Assembly (NCBI GenBank): GCA_903842445.1
Contig: CAIMLT010000003.1
Span: 5,696-69,695 of the forward strand
Origin: an uncultured bacterium
Lineage (GTDB): Bacteria > Patescibacteriota > Minisyncoccia > Moranbacterales > UBA2206
Length of the DNA stretch: 64,000 bases
Direction: 5' to 3'
In this document: positions 58,441 through 64,000 of the stretch, one piece after another
Position numbering within the stretch: position 1 is the first letter of the stretch
How the letters are laid out: each line of letters starts with the position of its first letter
Notes under the pieces: generated by a model
Told to the model about the DNA's origin: nothing
Database searches by the model: none
Seen by the model: only the letters and a program-made list of their open reading frames with translations
Position numbers and translations under genes: made by a program

Positions 58441-58456
58441 ACTTTTTTATTTTAAC

Positions 58457-58487
58457 TTATTATAATGATATAATATCATTATAATAA
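58457..58487. promoter_or_regulatory. perfect 31-bp AT-rich palindrome (15-bp arms) about 17-47 nt upstream of the Bro-N gene, overlapping TATAAT-like boxes
   Basis: ttattataatgatat-a-atatcattataataa. This is an operator-like site within the putative promoter. Confidence 0.4.
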
Positions 58488-58621
58488 CTTTATGGCAAGT
58501 ACTCGATGATTTTTTGCCATAAAATTATTTTCCTTTTTAAGCAAAGCGATTCTAGCATGTTTATTACTTTTAAATGCACTGCCTGCATTTCTATCCTACC
58601 CCAAATCCTCTTTTTAGCAAA

Positions 58622-58658
58622 CTAAAAAGCACCTCAATTTCTCGAAGTGCTTTTTCAA
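58622..58658 (-). terminator. putative Rho-independent terminator downstream of rpoC
   Basis: agcacctc...gaagtgct stem followed by a T-run on the minus strand, about 25 nt after the rpoC stop. Confidence 0.5.
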
Positions 58659-58679
58659 AAGTCTGACTATTTTTAACTT

Positions 58680-61600
58680 CTAGTCTTGTCTTTGAAAACC
58701 GGTTCCTGCTGGAATTAGTTTTCCGATGATTACGTTTTCTTTGAGACCTCTGAGTTTATCTTCCTTGCCAGAAACCGCGGCGCTAATGAGCACTCTGGCT
58801 GTTTCTTGAAAAGAGGCTGCTGAGAGGAAGCTTTCCGTGGAAAGCGCAACTTTCGTGATTCCCAGAAGAATTCGTTCACCAGTCGCTTCTTCACCACCTT
58901 TGGCTTTCGCCCTGAGATTTGCTTCATTAAACTCATCAATTTCAAAAATATCACCCGGCAGAAAATCAGAACTTCCTTCAGTTAAAATCGAAACGCGACT
59001 AAACATTTGCCTCACAATCACTTCAATATGCTTGTCATTAATCCCTTCACCTTGCGCTGCATAGACATCTTGAATTTCGCGAGTAATATAGCGATGCACG
59101 GCTTCACGTCCCATCGTAGCATAAAGTTTTTTGAGATCAATATGACCTTCGCTAAGTTGCGTTCCTTTGGCGACCAGATCTCCAACGGCCACGTTCAGTG
59201 TGCTGCCAATTGAAACTTGATATTCTTTCACTAGGTCAACTGTGTCTGTTGATTCAATTTTAACAATCACTGATTTGTCAGCATTTTCAATTTCCACTAC
59301 TTTTCCATCGATCTCAGAAATAATCGCTTCACCCTTTGGAGGACGCGCTTCAAAGATTTCTTCCACACGTGGCAAACCTTGAGTAATGTCCGATCCGGCG
59401 ATACCTCCAATATGGAAGGTTCTCATAGTCAGCTGAGTTCCCGGTTCGCCAATCGCTTGCGCCGCCACAATTCCCACCGCCTGACCAACTTCTACCAAAT
59501 GTCCTCGCCCAAGATCCATTCCGTAACATTTCTGACAAACTCCGCGTGGAGTTTTGCAAGTTGCCACAGTTCGAATCTTAATTTTTTCTGGGGTTGCTTT
59601 CTCAATCAATTCTCCATCTTCTTTTGTAACTAAACTTCCAGCTTTTACAACCACTTCGCCTTTCGCGCCTAAAATATCTTCAGCCAAAACTCGACCCACG
59701 GCGCGACTGGCAAAATTTTGTCCGATACGATCTGAATCTTCCTTGTAGATATATGCGCCTTCCGTGTCTTGACAGTCCTCTTCGCGCACAATCACATCTT
59801 GCGCCACGTCAACAAGTCTGCGGGTCAAATATCCGGCAGTCGCAGTTCGAAGGGCAGTATCAGCCATACCTTTTCTGGCTCCATGAGTTGAAATGAAATA
59901 CTCGAGCACATTCATTCCTTCTTTAAAACAACTCTTGATCGGTAGTTCGATTGTTTCTCCGGTTGGCCCGGCCATAAGACCCTTCATTCCAGCCATTTGC
60001 ACTACCACTGATTCTGATCCACGAGCTTTAGAATAAACCATTGAATAAACTGGCCCTTCCTTGTCCATCGATTCGCGCACACGATCAGTAATTTTATTTT
60101 TTGTATCATTCCAAATTTCAATCACCTTGCCTTTTCTTTCTTCTTCAGTCAAGAGTCCTAAATTATATTGCTTTTTAATCGTTTCGACTTTCTTTTCCGC
60201 TTCATCCATGATTTCTTTTTTGTCAGTTGGAACACTCAAGTCATCCATTCCCCAACTAATTCCTGATTTTGTGACAGATGCAAAACCAAGATTTTTTATT
60301 TCATCAACAAAAATAGCTGTCGTTTCTTGACCGCAAATTTCAAGCACTTTTGCCACTAAAGATTTCAATTCTTTTTTAGTCATTTCATAATTTTGAAAAC
60401 CGATTTCAGCAGGAACAATATTATTAAGTCTAATTCTTCCAATCGAAGTTTCCAATATTTCATTGCCAAGACGAACTTTAATTTTAGCTCGCACATCAAC
60501 TTGACCTAACTCTTCGGCTAAAATCGCTTCGTTCGCGGATCCAAAGATCCGACCTTCTCCCTTAGCTCCAGCTAAAATATGCGTAATATAATAACAACCC
60601 AAAACCATATCCAAAGTTGGAGTAATAATCGGCTCTCCGCTGGCTGGCTTTAAAAGATTTTTTGAAGAAAGCATAAGATTCGCGCTTTCCCAACGCGCTT
60701 TATCAGTCAGTGGCACATGTACCGCCATTTGGTCGCCGTCAAAGTCAGCGTTGAAAGCTGAGCAAACCATCGGATGAATTTGAATTGCCTTGCCTTCAAT
60801 TAAAACCGGCTGAAAAGCTTGGATAGACAGACGATGAAGAGTTGGGGCGCGATTCAAAAGAACATAATGATGCGAAATAATTTCATCCAAAATGTCATAG
60901 GCTTCTTCTGATTCAGCTTCCACCATTTTTCCAGCTGAGCGAACATTATAAGCTAATTCTCTTTCGATTAATTTATTGATAATGAAAGGTTTGAAAAGTT
61001 CCAAAGCCATTTTCTTTGGCAGTCCGCATTGATGCAATTTCAATTTTGGACCAACCACAATCACACTTCGTCCAGAATAATCCACTCGTTTTCCAAGTAA
61101 GTTCTGACGGAAACGACCTTGCTTGCCTTTTAATGTATCGGCGAGTGATTTCAATGGCCTTCTTTGTCCGGTTGAAGCAGCCACACTAACTTGTGATTTT
61201 CGTGCACTGTTATCAAAAAGAGCGTCGACAGCCTCTTGCAACATTCTTTTCTCATTACGCGTAATCACTTCCGGCGCACCGATTTCCATCAATTTTTTCA
61301 AACGATTGTTGCGATTGATAATTCGGCGATAAAGATCGTTGATATCTGATGTCGCAAAACGACCGCCATCTAGCGCCACCATCGGACGAAGATCTGGCGG
61401 AATAACCGGAATGGCAATTGGAAGCATCCATTCTGGTTTCAATTTTGCATTAACTAAACCATTCAAAAGCTTGATTCTTTTCATCACCTTTTTCTTATCA
61501 GTGATCTCCTCCTCGCTTTCAAGCATTGCTTTGTATTTTGTAATTTCCTCTTCCATATTCAACTCTTCCAAAAGCTTCCTAACTGCTTCCGCACCAATCC

Positions 61601-62273
61601 CAGCTGTAAAAACTTGACCGTAACGAGAAGAAAGATTAAAATATTCAATTTCGGAAATAATCTGATATTTGCGCAGTCCTTTCAATTCTTCTTTGGAAGA
61701 TCGATAAATTTCTTTAAGTCCCTCCAGCTTGGAACGTTTTTTTTCTTCTTCATCTTGAAAATTTTTCTCCAATTCTTTTTGCTTGGATTTGACCTCCTGC
61801 TCAATTTGCACCAAAGCCTTTTCCTTTTCCGCTTCATCCACACTTAAAACAACATAGCTTGAAAAATATATCACTCGCTCCAGATCTTGCACGCCCATTC
61901 CCAAGGCTAATCCGATTTTCGATGGCACTCCACGCAAAAACCAAATATGCGAAACCGGAACAGCCAATTTGATATGCCCCATTCGTTCGCGACGCACAAC
62001 ACTTCTCGTCACTTCCACGCCACACTTATCACAAACTATCCCTTTATAACGAATCCGCTTATATTTTCCGCAATAACACTCCCAGTCTCGTGAAGGCCCA
62101 AAAATTTTCTCGCAGAAGAGTCCATCTTTTTCATAGCGCTGGGTGCGATAGTTGATTGTTTCCGGCTTCGTCACTTCCCCATTGGACCACTCCAATATTT
62201 CCGTTGGACTGGCAATTTTAAGGCGCACGCTACTAAAATTGCTGGTTTTAGTATTAGTAATTGAATCCATCAT
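58680..62273 (-). CDS. rpoC: DNA-directed RNA polymerase subunit beta'
   Basis: 1197 aa with NADFDGDQM catalytic motif and a zinc-binding N-terminus (CxxC...CxxC). Confidence 0.95.
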   Translation of the reverse strand: MMDSITNTKTSNFSSVRLKIASPTEILEWSNGEVTKPETINYRTQRYEKDGLFCEKIFGPSRDWECYCGKYKRIRYKGIVCDKCGVEVTRSVVRRERMGHIKLAVPVSHIWFLRGVPSKIGLALGMGVQDLERVIYFSSYVVLSVDEAEKEKALVQIEQEVKSKQKELEKNFQDEEEKKRSKLEGLKEIYRSSKEELKGLRKYQIISEIEYFNLSSRYGQVFTAGIGAEAVRKLLEELNMEEEITKYKAMLESEEEITDKKKVMKRIKLLNGLVNAKLKPEWMLPIAIPVIPPDLRPMVALDGGRFATSDINDLYRRIINRNNRLKKLMEIGAPEVITRNEKRMLQEAVDALFDNSARKSQVSVAASTGQRRPLKSLADTLKGKQGRFRQNLLGKRVDYSGRSVIVVGPKLKLHQCGLPKKMALELFKPFIINKLIERELAYNVRSAGKMVEAESEEAYDILDEIISHHYVLLNRAPTLHRLSIQAFQPVLIEGKAIQIHPMVCSAFNADFDGDQMAVHVPLTDKARWESANLMLSSKNLLKPASGEPIITPTLDMVLGCYYITHILAGAKGEGRIFGSANEAILAEELGQVDVRAKIKVRLGNEILETSIGRIRLNNIVPAEIGFQNYEMTKKELKSLVAKVLEICGQETTAIFVDEIKNLGFASVTKSGISWGMDDLSVPTDKKEIMDEAEKKVETIKKQYNLGLLTEEERKGKVIEIWNDTKNKITDRVRESMDKEGPVYSMVYSKARGSESVVVQMAGMKGLMAGPTGETIELPIKSCFKEGMNVLEYFISTHGARKGMADTALRTATAGYLTRRLVDVAQDVIVREEDCQDTEGAYIYKEDSDRIGQNFASRAVGRVLAEDILGAKGEVVVKAGSLVTKEDGELIEKATPEKIKIRTVATCKTPRGVCQKCYGMDLGRGHLVEVGQAVGIVAAQAIGEPGTQLTMRTFHIGGIAGSDITQGLPRVEEIFEARPPKGEAIISEIDGKVVEIENADKSVIVKIESTDTVDLVKEYQVSIGSTLNVAVGDLVAKGTQLSEGHIDLKKLYATMGREAVHRYITREIQDVYAAQGEGINDKHIEVIVRQMFSRVSILTEGSSDFLPGDIFEIDEFNEANLRAKAKGGEEATGERILLGITKVALSTESFLSAASFQETARVLISAAVSGKEDKLRGLKENVIIGKLIPAGTGFQRQD

Positions 62274-62403
62274 AATGAGAACGGTAATTGGTTAATTTAC
62301 AATGAGGTGAAAATATTTCTTTCTCCCCCTATCGCAACTAGCTAATTACTTTAAAAAAATTTTAGAGCTAAATTTATCGAGAAACTTAAATGCCTTAATA
62401 TTA

Positions 62404-64000
62404 CTAAATACTTTCGTCATCTTGATTCACACGCACCTCATCGACATCTTCATTTCCAGAAGCACTGGTTTCATTGAGTTCAACATTAAGACCAAGTCCT
62501 TTAAGTTCGCTAACAAGCACATGGAAAGACGCAGGCACGTTTGGACTTTTGATTGGATCACCCTTGATTATTGATTCATAGGCTTTTGAGCGTCCCATCT
62601 GATCATCTGATTTGATGGTAAGCATTTCTTGCAAAGTATAGGAAGCGCCATAACCTTCCAGCGCCCACACTTCCATTTCTCCAAATCTCTGTCCACCAAA
62701 TTGAGCTTTTCCTCCAAGTGGTTGTTGAGTGATTAGGGAATATGGCCCAATTGAACGCATGTGAATTTTATCATCCACCAAATGATGAAGTTTCATCACA
62801 TACATCACACCCACAGTTGATTCATTGTCAAACATTTCTCCCGATCGTCCATTCACCAAACGCACTTTTCCACTCTCGGGCAGTCCGGCTTTTCTCAATT
62901 CTTCCTTTATTTGTTTCTCAGTAACTCCTTCGAGTGCCGGTGTAGCAGCTTTATACCCAAGCTTCAATGCCGCCCAACCCAAATGAGTTTCCAGGATTTG
63001 CCCAATATTCATACGAGATGCAACACCAAGAGGATTTAAAATCATATCCACCGGAGTTCCATCCGGAAGATACGGCATATCTTCAACTGGAGCAATGCGA
63101 GAAATGACACCTTTATTTCCGTGTCGTCCGGCTAATTTGTCTCCGACTGAGATTTTTTTAAGTTGAGCAACTGATACTTGAATTTGTTGGATCACACCCG
63201 TTGAAAGCTTATCGCCTTGCTCACGAGAAAAAATCTTAATATCAACAACTTTTCCGTATTCTCCGTGAGGGAGATAAAGAGAGCTGTCTTTAACATCTCT
63301 AGATTTTTCTCCAAAAATAGCACGAAGAAGTCTTTCTTCAGAAGTCAAATCACCCTCGCCCTTTGGAGAAATTTTTCCAACTAAAATATCGCCCGAAGCC
63401 ACCTCCGCTCCAATCACAATGATGCCAGTTTCATCTAAGTTCTTAAGTCTTTCTTCGCCGATATTTGGGATGTCTCTCGTGATAAGCTCCGGTCCAAGCT
63501 TGGTATCTCGCACATCGATTGAAAAATCTTCAATATGAATTGAGCTATAACGATCATCTTGCACTAATTTTTCTGAAATAATAATTGCATCTTCATAATT
63601 CGAACCTTCCCATGGAATAAAAGCCACCACAATATTTTGTCCAAGAGAAAGTTCTCCATGATCAGTCGAAGCACCATCCGCCAAAAGTTGACCTTTCTCA
63701 ACAATATCCCCTTTCAAAACTCGCGGAACCTGATTCATTGAAGTAAAAGCATTGGATTTAACAAAGCTTTGCAAATGATAATCGCGCTTGAAATATGGTT
63801 TCTTTACTCCAACCGGAGATTCTTCTTTGATGATGATATGATCAGCATCTACTTCTGTCACTTCTCCAGCAGCGCGAGCAACGACCACCTGTCCGGAATC
63901 AACAGCCGCCTTGTCTTCAATTCCGGTTCCGACAAGCGGAGCTTGCGGTTTAACGCAAGACACAGCCTGACGTTGCATATTTGAACCCATCAATGCCCGA
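62404..64000 (-). CDS. rpoB: DNA-directed RNA polymerase subunit beta, C-terminal part (5' end beyond the window)
   Basis: Conserved rpoB C-terminal region ([26 protein letters not shown]). The ORF runs off the window edge. Confidence 0.9.
   Translation of the reverse strand, partial: RALMGSNMQRQAVSCVKPQAPLVGTGIEDKAAVDSGQVVVARAAGEVTEVDADHIIIKEESPVGVKKPYFKRDYHLQSFVKSNAFTSMNQVPRVLKGDIVEKGQLLADGASTDHGELSLGQNIVVAFIPWEGSNYEDAIIISEKLVQDDRYSSIHIEDFSIDVRDTKLGPELITRDIPNIGEERLKNLDETGIIVIGAEVASGDILVGKISPKGEGDLTSEERLLRAIFGEKSRDVKDSSLYLPHGEYGKVVDIKIFSREQGDKLSTGVIQQIQVSVAQLKKISVGDKLAGRHGNKGVISRIAPVEDMPYLPDGTPVDMILNPLGVASRMNIGQILETHLGWAALKLGYKAATPALEGVTEKQIKEELRKAGLPESGKVRLVNGRSGEMFDNESTVGVMYVMKLHHLVDDKIHMRSIGPYSLITQQPLGGKAQFGGQRFGEMEVWALEGYGASYTLQEMLTIKSDDQMGRSKAYESIIKGDPIKSPNVPASFHVLVSELKGLGLNVELNETSASGNEDVDEVRVNQDDESI

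Noticed and set aside
1-64000. CRISPR arrays, rRNA/tRNA genes, transposases/integrases
   Set aside because: No regularly spaced direct repeats, no tRNA T-loop/anticodon-stem signatures and no DDE/tyrosine-recombinase ORFs were seen. Intergenic regions of 75 nt or more (44325-44474, 44805-44957, 46152-46333) lack tRNA-like sequence.

Overview
This 64-kb window is a low-GC, gene-dense bacterial fragment with Candidate Phyla Radiation (Patescibacteria)-like traits. Ribosomal protein L30 is absent from the spc cluster, several r-proteins carry extensions, genes are short, and almost every gene is on the minus strand; only hypF, avd and rpmB are on plus. The right two-thirds holds partial rpoB, rpoC, rpsL-rpsG-fusA-tuf-rpsJ, the S10/spc ribosomal operon through rplO-secY-adk-map, plus ruvX, argS, recA, ftsK, ndk, rpmB, a TspO gene and a Bro-N gene. 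The left third holds gap, fba, tpiA and a fragmented group-3 [NiFe]-hydrogenase locus: large and small subunits, NuoE/NuoF/NuoG-N-terminal-like diaphorase subunits, hypC, hypD, hypE, a hypF reduced to its Kae1-like domain, a cysteine-less hypA-like gene and desulfoferrodoxin. Unrelated genes interrupt this locus: a secreted M10 metalloprotease, a P-loop kinase and a membrane protein. The most notable finding is a complete diversity-generating retroelement (DGR) inserted between hypE and hypD. It has a DGR-type reverse transcriptase, an oppositely oriented Avd, a 109-bp template repeat (TR) and a variable repeat (VR) at the 3' end of a 225-aa target gene. The TR and VR differ at 20 positions, all at TR adenines. 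Direct copies of a 24-nt palindromic element bracket the cassette, one of them in frame inside hypE. A second, roughly 115-bp repeat lies upstream of both hypD and hoxE. The ORF track misses a >500-aa minus-strand gene at the window start because it runs off the edge.
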